Below, piece after piece: positions 47,441 to 55,552 of a stretch of DNA of 64,000 nt. Position numbers and translations under genes: made by a program. Where the stretch lies: assembly GCA_035509415.1 (NCBI GenBank), contig DATJLQ010000007.1:696-64695 (forward strand). Reading direction: 5' to 3'. This stretch comes from Alphaproteobacteria bacterium (GTDB taxonomy: Bacteria; Pseudomonadota; Alphaproteobacteria; JACZXZ01). How positions within the stretch are numbered: the first letter of the stretch is position 1; each line of letters opens with the position of its first letter. The notes beneath the pieces are model-generated. The model searched no databases, had not been told where the DNA came from, and saw only the letters and a list, made by a program, of their open reading frames with translations.

Positions 47441-48562
47441 TTGGTAAGCCGCATCACCGCGATCTACCGCATCGAGAGCGACGCGCACGCGATCGGCGCG
47501 CGCGCCCAGGCGCTCGCGGTCGAGCAAAGCGTAGAGATGCCGGTCGCGGCGATCGACGACCGCATGGTGCTCGACGAGATCGTCGGGCGCATCGAGGGGA
47601 TCGAGGAGTTGGCACCCGGCCGGTTCGAGGTGCGTATCGGGCTCGCGGTCGCGACCACCGGCCCCGAGGTCGGCCAGCTCATGAACATGCTGTTCGGCAA
47701 CAGCTCGATCCACCCGGACATCGAGCTCCACGACGCGATCCTGCCGCCCGAAATCCTGACCGCGTTCGGCGGGCCGCGCCACGGGCTCGAGGGATTGCGC
47801 GCGCGCGTCCGCGCCGAGGGGCGCGCCATGACCTGCTCGGCCTTGAAGCCGCAGGGTTTCGCGCCCGCGCGCCTTGCCGAGCTCGCGCGGCGCTTCGCTC
47901 TCGGCGGCATCGACTACATCAAGGACGATCACGGCCTCGCCGACCAGGCCTATAGCCCGTTCGACGAGCGCGTGGGCGTCTGCGCCGAGGCGGTCGCGAA
48001 GGCGGCGCGCGAGACCGGCCATCCGACGCGCTATTTGCCGAGTCTCTCGGGCGATCTCGACCGGCTCCGGGCGCAGGTGAAGCGCGCGCGCGCGGCCGGG
48101 CTCGACACACTCCTGATCGCGCCGCTGGTCGTGGGGTTGCCCGCGTTCCATGCGTTGGTGCGCGAGAATCCGGACATGGCGTTCATGGCCCATCCCGCAC
48201 TCGCGGGCGCCGCGCGTTTCGCGCCCCCACTTCTGTTGGGAAAGCTGTTTCGGCTGTTCGGTGCCGACGCGACCGTGTTCCCGAATCACGGCGGCCGCTT
48301 CGGCTATTCGCGCGAGACCTGCGCGGCGCTGGCCGACGCGGCGCGCGGCGCCTGGGGTGCGCTCGAGCCCGCGGTGCCGGTGCCCGCGGGCGGGATGACG
48401 CCGGAGCGCGTGCCGGAGATGCTTGACTTCTATGGGACCGAGGTCATGCTCCTCATCGGCGGCGGACTGCTCGCGGCGCGCGAGCGGTTGACCCAGGAGA
48501 CGGCGGCGTTCGTCGCGCGCGTCGCCGAGATCAAGGGCACGAGCCGCGGGCGCAGGCGATAG
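47441..48562 (+). CDS. RuBisCO-like protein (form IV RLP).
   Basis: RuBisCO large-subunit barrel with the GGIDYIKDDHG motif, but no canonical carboxylase active-site set. 373 aa. Confidence 0.8.
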   Translation: MVSRITAIYRIESDAHAIGARAQALAVEQSVEMPVAAIDDRMVLDEIVGRIEGIEELAPGRFEVRIGLAVATTGPEVGQLMNMLFGNSSIHPDIELHDAILPPEILTAFGGPRHGLEGLRARVRAEGRAMTCSALKPQGFAPARLAELARRFALGGIDYIKDDHGLADQAYSPFDERVGVCAEAVAKAARETGHPTRYLPSLSGDLDRLRAQVKRARAAGLDTLLIAPLVVGLPAFHALVRENPDMAFMAHPALAGAARFAPPLLLGKLFRLFGADATVFPNHGGRFGYSRETCAALADAARGAWGALEPAVPVPAGGMTPERVPEMLDFYGTEVMLLIGGGLLAARERLTQETAAFVARVAEIKGTSRGRRR

Positions 48563-48571
48563 TCGAGGCCA

Positions 48572-48622
48572 GGCGAACGTCGTGACTGGGCGAACGTCGT
48601 GACTGGTCGAACGTCGTGACTG
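48572..48622. repeat. Tandem direct repeat, 3 x 17 bp (GGCGAACGTCGTGACTG), between the RLP and cupin genes.
   Basis: Seen directly. The third copy has G to T at position 2. Confidence 0.85.
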
Positions 48623-48649
48623 GGCCATCGCCGTAAGAGGGCGGAAGCC

Positions 48650-49168
48650 ATGAGCGTCGATCTCAAGAACAAGAGCAAGACCGTATCCGCGCGCGCGGCG
48701 CCGACGCGCGACGACGATGCGCGTTTCCGCGCCTTTGCGGACGGCTTCGAATGGAGCGGGGTCGAGCGCCTTCCATACAAGGAGGAGGGCAGCGCTCCCT
48801 TCAAGTCGATCTCGCGCCAGATTCTGTTCGCCGACCCGAAGCTCCACTGCGAGCTGCGTTATTTCGAGATGGCGCCGGGCGGCTACTCGACCCTCGAGCG
48901 GCACGAGCACGTGCATGCGGTGATGATCCTGCGCGGCCGCGGCGAGTGCCTGCTCGGGAATTCGGTGCGCGCGGTGAAGACGAACGACCTGATCTCGATC
49001 CCGTCGATGACCTGGCACCAGTTCAAGGCCTCGGCGGGCGAGCCGTTCGGCTTTCTCTGCATGGTGAATGCGGAGCGCGACAAGCCGCAGCTCCCGAGCG
49101 CGGACGAGCTTGCATCCCTCAAGGCCGACCCGCGGCTTGCGGCGTTTCTCGCCAATTATCGCTCTTGA
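48650..49168 (+). CDS. Cupin-domain protein.
   Basis: Cupin motifs (TLERHEHVHAVMILRGRG). RBS AGAGGG upstream. Confidence 0.75.
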   Translation: MSVDLKNKSKTVSARAAPTRDDDARFRAFADGFEWSGVERLPYKEEGSAPFKSISRQILFADPKLHCELRYFEMAPGGYSTLERHEHVHAVMILRGRGECLLGNSVRAVKTNDLISIPSMTWHQFKASAGEPFGFLCMVNAERDKPQLPSADELASLKADPRLAAFLANYRS

Positions 49169-49746
49169 AGTACGTGCGCGCGGCTCAGGCGGACGCGCCC
49201 TCGGTCGCCGCGATCTTGCGCCGCACGGCGACGCGCGCCTCGCTCACGGTGCGGAACGCGCTGCCGTCGAGCCCGTCGAGCGGCGGTACCGACGAGTAGA
49301 ACAGGAATCCCTCGCTCGCGCGCACCAGAATCCCGGCGGGCGCCCCGAGGAGCGTGAAGATCACGGTGTCCGACTTGCGCATTCGCTCGATCCTTGGCCC
49401 GTTTCCTCGCGCGGCAGGTCTCAATTCCTTGCCGGACCAGACTCGCGCCGCCGGCCCGACTTCGGACCGACTCTTCACATACAGGAATTTCGTGACATTC
49501 CTGCGGAAGCCTGTCGAGCCTACGGCCGGGGGCCGGGTTTTAGGGGGCGCTGTCTAGCATAGTTTTGATCTAGATCAAAAATCTTTCCCCATGCTGCAGC
49601 GCGACGACGGCTCTGCCACGGCGCGCGAATGGGGGCGCTGCGGCGCACAATCGCCGGGAAACGACCTGACGACATCGTGCGAACCATGCATAATTCGCAA
49701 GGCAAGCTTGCGCGCGCCTTCGGCGGCCTAGGAGCGGGACGATCCC

Positions 49747-51750
49747 ATGAAGATCAAAAAGACGCGGGCCACGCCGTCCCGGAAGAAGATCGCGAAGGGT
49801 GCGCCGCAGCGCGAACGCCGGCGCGGCGAGGTCGCGGCCCTGCGCACCGAGCTCGCGACCAGCGAGGCGCGTTTCAGCTTGCTGACCGCGATCGCGGCAG
49901 CCCCCATCCTGCTGCTCACGCCGGCGCTCGAGGTATTCGAGATCAACGACGAGGCCGAGGCGGTCTACGGCCGCCGGCGCGCCAATCTCGTCGGGCGCGA
50001 TTATTTCGCGGCCCTCGATCCCGAGCGCATCGGCGGGCTCACCGAATCCGATTTCGATGCCGTGCTCGCGGGGCGCACCGTGCGCGGCGTCGAGGGTGTG
50101 GTGCGCCGGCCCGACGGCAGCGAGCGCGCCCTCCTGTGGAACGCGAGCCGGCTTCTCGACTCGGCCGGCCGCGTCCTCGGCATCGTCGCGGTCGCCCAGG
50201 ACGTGACCGAGCGGCGCCAGGTCGAGGAGGCGCTGCGCGAGCGCGAGGCGCGGCTGAGCTCGATCATCGCGACGGCACCCGACGCGATCATCACCATCGA
50301 CGGGCGCGGCACGATCCAGTCCTTCAGCATCGCCGCCGAGAAGATGTTCGGCTACGAGGCGGGCGAGGTGATCGGGCGCAACATCAAGATGCTCATGCCC
50401 AATCCCTACCGCGACCGCCACGACGGCTATCTCGCGCGCTACCGCCGCACCGGCGAGAAGCGCATCATCGGCACCGGCCGCGAGGTCGAGGCGCAGAAGA
50501 AGGACGGCAGCGTGTTCCCGATGGAGCTCGCGGTGGGCGAGGTCAAGGTCGGCGGCACGCGCATCTTCACCGGCTTCATCCGCGACCTCTCGGCGCGCGC
50601 GCGCATGGAGGCCGAGCTGCGCCAGGCGCAGAAGATGGAGGCGGTCGGCCAATTGACCGGCGGCGTCGCGCACGACTTCAACAATCTCCTGACCGTGATC
50701 ATGGGCAATCTGGAGATGCTCGGAGACCGGGTCGTGTCGGCGGCCGAGCGCGAGCTCGTGGGCGAGGCGCAGGAGGCGGCCGAGCTCGGCGCCCAGCTCG
50801 CGGGCCGCCTCCTCGCCTTCGGCCGGCGCCAGGCGCTGAGCCCGAAGCCGATCCAGTTGAGCGCGCTGGTCAAGGACATGGTCGTGCTGTTGTACCGCTC
50901 CCTCGGCGAGACGGTGCGCATCGAGACGCGCCTCGCCCAGGATTTGCCGCTTACCCTCGCGGATCCGGGACAGGTCGAGAACGCGCTCCTGAACCTCGCG
51001 ATCAACGCGCGCGACGCCATGCCCCAGGGCGGCCTGCTCACGATCGAGACCGCGACCGTCGAGCTCGGCGTCGAGGACGCCGTCTATACCGAGATTCATC
51101 CCGGCCGCTACGTCATGCTGGCGGTGATCGACACCGGAATCGGCATGCCGCCCGAGGTCGCCGAGCGCGCCTTCGAGCCCTTCTTCACGACCAAGCAGGC
51201 GGGGCTCGGCAGCGGCTTGGGCCTGAGCATGGTCTATGGCTTCGTGCGCCAGTCGGGCGGTGCCGTGCGGCTCGAAAGCGCTCCCGGGCGCGGCACCACA
51301 GTACGCATGTTCCTCCCCGTGGCGCCCGACGAGATCCCCGCGACCGACGAGCGGGGCGGCGAGACGTCGCAGTCGGTCGGCGGCGGCGAGACCATCCTCG
51401 TGGTCGAGGACGATGCGCGCGTGCGGCGCGTCTCGGTGCGGCACCTCGAGGCGCTCGGCTACAAGGTGATCGCGGTCGAGGACGGGCCCGCGGCGCTCGC
51501 GTTGCTCGACGCCGGGACGCCGGTCGATCTTCTCTTCACCGACGTCGTCATGCCGGGCGGAATGAGCGGGCTCGATCTCGCGCACGAGGCGCGCGCGCGC
51601 CGGCCCGAGCTGCCCATTCTCGTGACCTCTGGCTATACCGATCCCGGAACCGCCGAGCGCGGGCTGCCCTCGGGGAGAACCGGCTGGCTCGCCAAGCCCT
51701 ATCAGACGGGCGCGCTCGAGGCGTCGCTACGCGAGCTTCTGGGAGGCTAG
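49747..51750 (+). CDS. fixL: Hybrid oxygen-sensor histidine kinase FixL (heme-PAS, HisKA, HATPase, C-terminal receiver).
   Basis: The FixL heme-PAS signature (FGYEAGEVIGRNIKMLMPNPYRDRHDGYLARYRRTGEKRIIGTGREVEAQKKDGSVFPMELAVGE) is followed by the H-box (VAHDFNNLL), N/G boxes and a receiver (ILVVEDD...DLLFTDVVMPG). The minus-strand ORF 49570-51585 is its antisense shadow. Confidence 0.85.
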   Translation: MKIKKTRATPSRKKIAKGAPQRERRRGEVAALRTELATSEARFSLLTAIAAAPILLLTPALEVFEINDEAEAVYGRRRANLVGRDYFAALDPERIGGLTESDFDAVLAGRTVRGVEGVVRRPDGSERALLWNASRLLDSAGRVLGIVAVAQDVTERRQVEEALREREARLSSIIATAPDAIITIDGRGTIQSFSIAAEKMFGYEAGEVIGRNIKMLMPNPYRDRHDGYLARYRRTGEKRIIGTGREVEAQKKDGSVFPMELAVGEVKVGGTRIFTGFIRDLSARARMEAELRQAQKMEAVGQLTGGVAHDFNNLLTVIMGNLEMLGDRVVSAAERELVGEAQEAAELGAQLAGRLLAFGRRQALSPKPIQLSALVKDMVVLLYRSLGETVRIETRLAQDLPLTLADPGQVENALLNLAINARDAMPQGGLLTIETATVELGVEDAVYTEIHPGRYVMLAVIDTGIGMPPEVAERAFEPFFTTKQAGLGSGLGLSMVYGFVRQSGGAVRLESAPGRGTTVRMFLPVAPDEIPATDERGGETSQSVGGGETILVVEDDARVRRVSVRHLEALGYKVIAVEDGPAALALLDAGTPVDLLFTDVVMPGGMSGLDLAHEARARRPELPILVTSGYTDPGTAERGLPSGRTGWLAKPYQTGALEASLRELLGG

Positions 51751-51825
51751 GCCGCTATCGTATCGAAATAAGGCGCACCCCCACCCAGCTTGCGCTAGGG
51801 CGCGGCTTCGCCTCGCCAACCCTGC

Positions 51826-51847
51826 GCAACCCTCCCCCCTTCAGGGG
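51826..51847. terminator. Bidirectional hairpin terminator between convergent fixL and the OmpR-type regulator.
   Basis: Perfect 9-bp stem CCCTCCCCC-TTCA-GGGGGAGGG. G/T-rich flank. Confidence 0.5.
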
Positions 51848-51901
51848 GAGGGTAGGGTGGGGGGTGACGGTTTGGAATAGCCGACGGAGCATTAGGCCGC
51901 G

Positions 51902-52630
51902 TTAGGCCTCGGTCACCTCGGTCGCGAAGATGTAGCCCGCACCGCGCACCGTCTTGATCAGCTCGGGATGCGCGGGGTCGCGCTCGATCTTGCGCCGGAG
52001 CCGCACGACCTGGGTGTCGATCGCGCGGTCGAACGCCGCCCAATCGCGCCCCTTGACCCGGTCCATGAGCTGGTCGCGGTCGAGCACGCGATTGGGGCTC
52101 GAGACGAAAGCGCGCAGCAACTCGAATTCGCCGCCGGTGAGCTCGACCGGCTCGCCGCTCGCGCGCCTCAATTCGCGCTTCAAGAGATCGAGGCGCCAGC
52201 CCGCGAAGGCGAGCACGTGGCCGCGCTCCGATTTCGCCTCGACCGGCTCGGCCGGCGCGCAGGGGGCGCGGCGCAGCACGCTACGCACGCGCGCCAGCAC
52301 CTCGCGCAAATGGAACGGCTTGGCGATGTAGTCGTCCGCCCCCGCCTCGAGCCCCGCGACCCGGTCGATCGGATCGCCCATGCCGGTCAGGATGATGATC
52401 GGCACCGCCGAGCGCTGGCGTACCTCGCGCGCGAGGCTGAGCCCGTCGTCGCCGGGCATGACGAGGTCCAAGAGGATCAGATCGATCCCGCCCTGGGCGA
52501 ACGCGGCGCGTAGGCCGGCGCCGTTCTCGGCCAGGCTCACGCGCAGGCCCGCCTCCACGAGGTAATTCTGCAGCATGGTGCGGATGCGCTTGTCGTCGTC
52601 GACCACCAGGATATGGGGGACATCGCTCAT
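51902..52630 (-). CDS. OmpR/PhoB-family DNA-binding response regulator (FxkR-like).
   Basis: Receiver (ILVVDDD...LILLDLVMPGDDG) plus C-terminal winged helix (LTGGEFELL...GAGY). Confidence 0.8.
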   Translation of the reverse strand: MSDVPHILVVDDDKRIRTMLQNYLVEAGLRVSLAENGAGLRAAFAQGGIDLILLDLVMPGDDGLSLAREVRQRSAVPIIILTGMGDPIDRVAGLEAGADDYIAKPFHLREVLARVRSVLRRAPCAPAEPVEAKSERGHVLAFAGWRLDLLKRELRRASGEPVELTGGEFELLRAFVSSPNRVLDRDQLMDRVKGRDWAAFDRAIDTQVVRLRRKIERDPAHPELIKTVRGAGYIFATEVTEA

Positions 52631-52828
52631 GGCTGGGACAAAACGCGTTACATATCAATGCGTTGATCTTGGCCGCGCGGTGCTTCGCGCCGTCACCTTT
52701 TGTCACATTTCGCCAATTGTTGAAACCACTTTCCGCTTTCCCCGCCATCAACGCGCGACAGGACGCCCTTAAGTCTGAACGCGGCGCCGGGGACCGACCC
52801 TGGTGCGAGGCAAACCGAGGAGGGCACC

Positions 52829-53560
52829 ATGTACGCACACGCCGCCGCTGCCGCAGTTCTCGCTGCGGCTCCCGTCTTCAACCGAGGCGCTTCCGCGATC
52901 TTCCAGGGCACCGAGCGCATGGGCGCCGTGCGCATGGGGGCCGCGGGCACGGTCCAGAAGCTCGAATCGGGCAAGACCCTGTTCGCCGAGGGCGACGACG
53001 CCGAGAACGTCTACGAGCTGATGAGCGGCATGGTGAAGCTCTTCAAGCTGCTCCCCGACGGACGGCGCCAGATCACCGGCTTCCTCTGGTCGGGCGACAT
53101 CATGGGCGTGGCCCATTCCGAGCTCTATCTCTACGGCGCCGAGGCGATCACGGACGTGGTCCTGTGCCGCTACCCGCGCGCGCGCTTCGACGACCTGGTC
53201 GACCAGGTTCCCGGTCTCGGGCGTCGCGTGCTCAAGGTCATCGCGCGCGAGCTGAGTGCCGCGCAGGAGCAGATGCTGCTGCTCGGCCGCAAGACCGCGG
53301 TCGAGAAGATCGCGAGCTTCCTCCTCGACATGGCCGAGCGTCAGCTCGAGCAGCTCGAGACGCGGGGCTGCGTGCTGGTGCCGATGGGCCGCAGCGACAT
53401 CGCCGACTATCTCGGCCTCACGACCGAGACCGTGAGCCGCACCCTCACCAAGCTCAAGCAGGACCACGTGATCGCGTTGCCGAGCCCGGCGCGCGTGACG
53501 GTCGAGAACCGCGATCGCCTCGCGGAGCTCGCTGCGGGGGACGGCGACGAGGATTTCTAA
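52829..53560 (+). CDS. fixK: Crp/Fnr-family transcriptional regulator, FixK-type (no N-terminal Cys cluster).
   Basis: cNMP-like domain (VKLFKLLPDGRRQITGF) and C-terminal helix-turn-helix (RSDIADYLGLTTETVSRTL). RBS GAGGAGGG upstream. Confidence 0.85.
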   Translation: MYAHAAAAAVLAAAPVFNRGASAIFQGTERMGAVRMGAAGTVQKLESGKTLFAEGDDAENVYELMSGMVKLFKLLPDGRRQITGFLWSGDIMGVAHSELYLYGAEAITDVVLCRYPRARFDDLVDQVPGLGRRVLKVIARELSAAQEQMLLLGRKTAVEKIASFLLDMAERQLEQLETRGCVLVPMGRSDIADYLGLTTETVSRTLTKLKQDHVIALPSPARVTVENRDRLAELAAGDGDEDF

Positions 53561-54022
53561 ATGCGTCACATGGAAGGACATGGGGGCATGATCGCGGCAT
53601 TGAGAGCGGCGCCGCCCAAATCGGGAAAGCCCTATCTCGGGCGGCGCGCCCTCGTGATCGAGGGCGATGCCAAGTCGCGCGCGCTGTGCGTCGAGCGGCT
53701 CGAGCGTCTGGGCTTCGAGGTGGTCGAGGCCGTGGGCGGCGTCGATGCGCTGCGCGCGGCGCGCCTCGAGACGCCGGACGTGATCCTGCTCGATACCGAG
53801 CTGCACGACGTGCCGGGGGTCGAGCTGATCCGCTGGCTTTGCGCCGATCCTGCGCTTGCGCGCGTGCCGATCGCGGTCGTGGTCGCATCGGCGCGGCGGC
53901 GCTCGGCGCCGAGCGCGATCGCGGCCGGCGTCCGCGCCGTGCTCGAGAAGCCGTTCACCGCCGCCGACATCGACGACGCGATCGCAGAGGCACTTCCGCT
54001 TCCCGACCCGGCATCGCCATGA
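53561..54022 (+). CDS. Single-domain response-regulator receiver protein (FixT-like candidate).
   Basis: REC fold (VILLDTELHDVPG, K in EKPF). Its start abuts the fixK stop. Confidence 0.65.
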   Translation: MRHMEGHGGMIAALRAAPPKSGKPYLGRRALVIEGDAKSRALCVERLERLGFEVVEAVGGVDALRAARLETPDVILLDTELHDVPGVELIRWLCADPALARVPIAVVVASARRRSAPSAIAAGVRAVLEKPFTAADIDDAIAEALPLPDPASP

Positions 54023-54395
54023 GGGGCCGCGATTCGGGCGCGGCGCTCGGCTGAAGAAAGCCTCGAGCCCGCGCCCGGTCGCGAAGTCGGCGTCGCCACG
54101 CTAGCGTGCATTTTAGGAAAATACCGACATTCGCGGCGTCAACGCCGCGCATTTCCGCGTTTCCGCGCCCCGCCTGTGCGAGCGAAGCGATATGGCACCG
54201 GGTGCCCGCACTTTTTTCGGGCAAAGCCGTGCTTGAATTCGCACGTCGCTCGACCGCGCCGCAATAATTTGGCACTCTCATATACGATCCAACGGGGCGG
54301 CGGCCCGGCTCGCTTTCGAACGACCAGCGTGACGGACCGTTGCCGCGCATCGGGGACATTTCCAGTGCGTGTCATTCAACGGAGGGAGCCGTCAC

Positions 54396-55394
54396 ATGAG
54401 CATCGTTCAGAATCTGTTCGGATCGCCGGCCCGCGGGCGGGGCCAGCCCGAACCCACTCTGCGCGCGCCCGAACTCCATCGCGACGCGAGCGCCGTTCCG
54501 GCGCACGTCGAAGTGGCGAATTGGCGTTACGAGAACATCGACGTCGAGCTCGATCCCGAGGCACGGACCTTCTGGTGCTTCATGCGCACCAAGGAGCGCG
54601 GCAGCTTCACGCTCGAGCTGATGCAGGACATCGCGCACATGCAGCGCTCCTTCCCGCGCCTGTTCGCCGAGCGCGCGCACGAGCCGGAGAAGCCGTTCGA
54701 GTACTTCGTGTTCGCGTCGCGCATTCCGGGCACCTACAATCTGGGCGGCGATCTCGGCTTCTTCGCCGAGCGCATCCGCGCGCGCGACCGCGCGGCCTTG
54801 AGCCTCTACGCCCACACCGCGGTGCGCGCGATCCACAAGAACCACACCGCGTTCGACGTGCCGGTCGTGACCATGGCCTTGGTCCAGGGCGACGCGCTCG
54901 GCGGCGGGTTCGAGTGCGCGCTCTCGCTCGACATGATCGTGGCCGAGCGCAGCGCCAAGATGGGGCTGCCGGAGATCCTGTTCAATCTCTTCCCCGGCAT
55001 GGGCGCCTACAGCTTCCTCTCGCGCCGGCTCGACGCCGCGCGCGCCGAGAAGATGATCCTCTCGGGGAAGATCTACAGCGCCGAGGAGCTCCACGAGCTC
55101 GGCATCGTCGACGTTCTGGCGGACGACGGCAACGGCGAGGAGGCGGTGCGCGAGTACATCGACCGCCACGCCTACCGGCACAACGCCTATCGCGGCGTGT
55201 TCCAGGCGCGGCGCCGGGTCAATCCGGTGCCGTTCGACGAGCTGCGCGACGTGGTCGACATCTGGGTCGAGGCGGCGCTCAGCCTCAAGGAAGCGGACTT
55301 GCGCAAGATGGAGCGGCTCACCGCGGCGCAGAACCGGCGCCGTGCCGCGACCGCCCAGCCCGAGCCGGTCGTCTCGGCGCTGCCGGCGGAGTGA
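54396..55394 (+). CDS. Enoyl-CoA hydratase/isomerase (crotonase) superfamily protein. Candidate RpfF/DSF-synthase-like enzyme.
   Basis: Crotonase fold (ALVQGDALGGGFECALSLDMIVA, LPEILFNLFPGMGA). GGAGGG RBS 9 nt before the ATG at 54396. Confidence 0.7.
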   Translation: MSIVQNLFGSPARGRGQPEPTLRAPELHRDASAVPAHVEVANWRYENIDVELDPEARTFWCFMRTKERGSFTLELMQDIAHMQRSFPRLFAERAHEPEKPFEYFVFASRIPGTYNLGGDLGFFAERIRARDRAALSLYAHTAVRAIHKNHTAFDVPVVTMALVQGDALGGGFECALSLDMIVAERSAKMGLPEILFNLFPGMGAYSFLSRRLDAARAEKMILSGKIYSAEELHELGIVDVLADDGNGEEAVREYIDRHAYRHNAYRGVFQARRRVNPVPFDELRDVVDIWVEAALSLKEADLRKMERLTAAQNRRRAATAQPEPVVSALPAE

Positions 55395-55552
55395 CGGGTC
55401 CGGCCGCGGCCGTTTGACGGTTCAGAAGGCCCTGCCCGGCGACGGGCAGGGCCCCTCCGCGCGGAAGCCGTCCGCGGCGGATGCGAGACGACACCCGGCG
55501 CCCGTCGCGGGCGTCGGCCCCCCCAAGGCCCGATCGGGCCCGATCCAGCCCC

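Noticed and set aside
47255-49018. A 587-aa minus-strand ORF across the RLP and cupin genes.
   Set aside because: Antisense shadow. The plus-strand RLP has the RuBisCO large-subunit motifs.
49570-51585. A 671-aa minus-strand ORF antisense to fixL, and 52769-53806 (-) antisense to fixK.
   Set aside because: The plus-strand genes carry exact FixL heme-PAS and FixK signatures.
52631-52700. A possible FNR/FixK box (TTGAT-N4-ATCAA) upstream of fixK.
   Set aside because: The palindrome present is ATCAA-TGCG-TTGAT, the reverse half-site order, so it is not a canonical anaerobox. It is kept only as a note in the hFixL finding.
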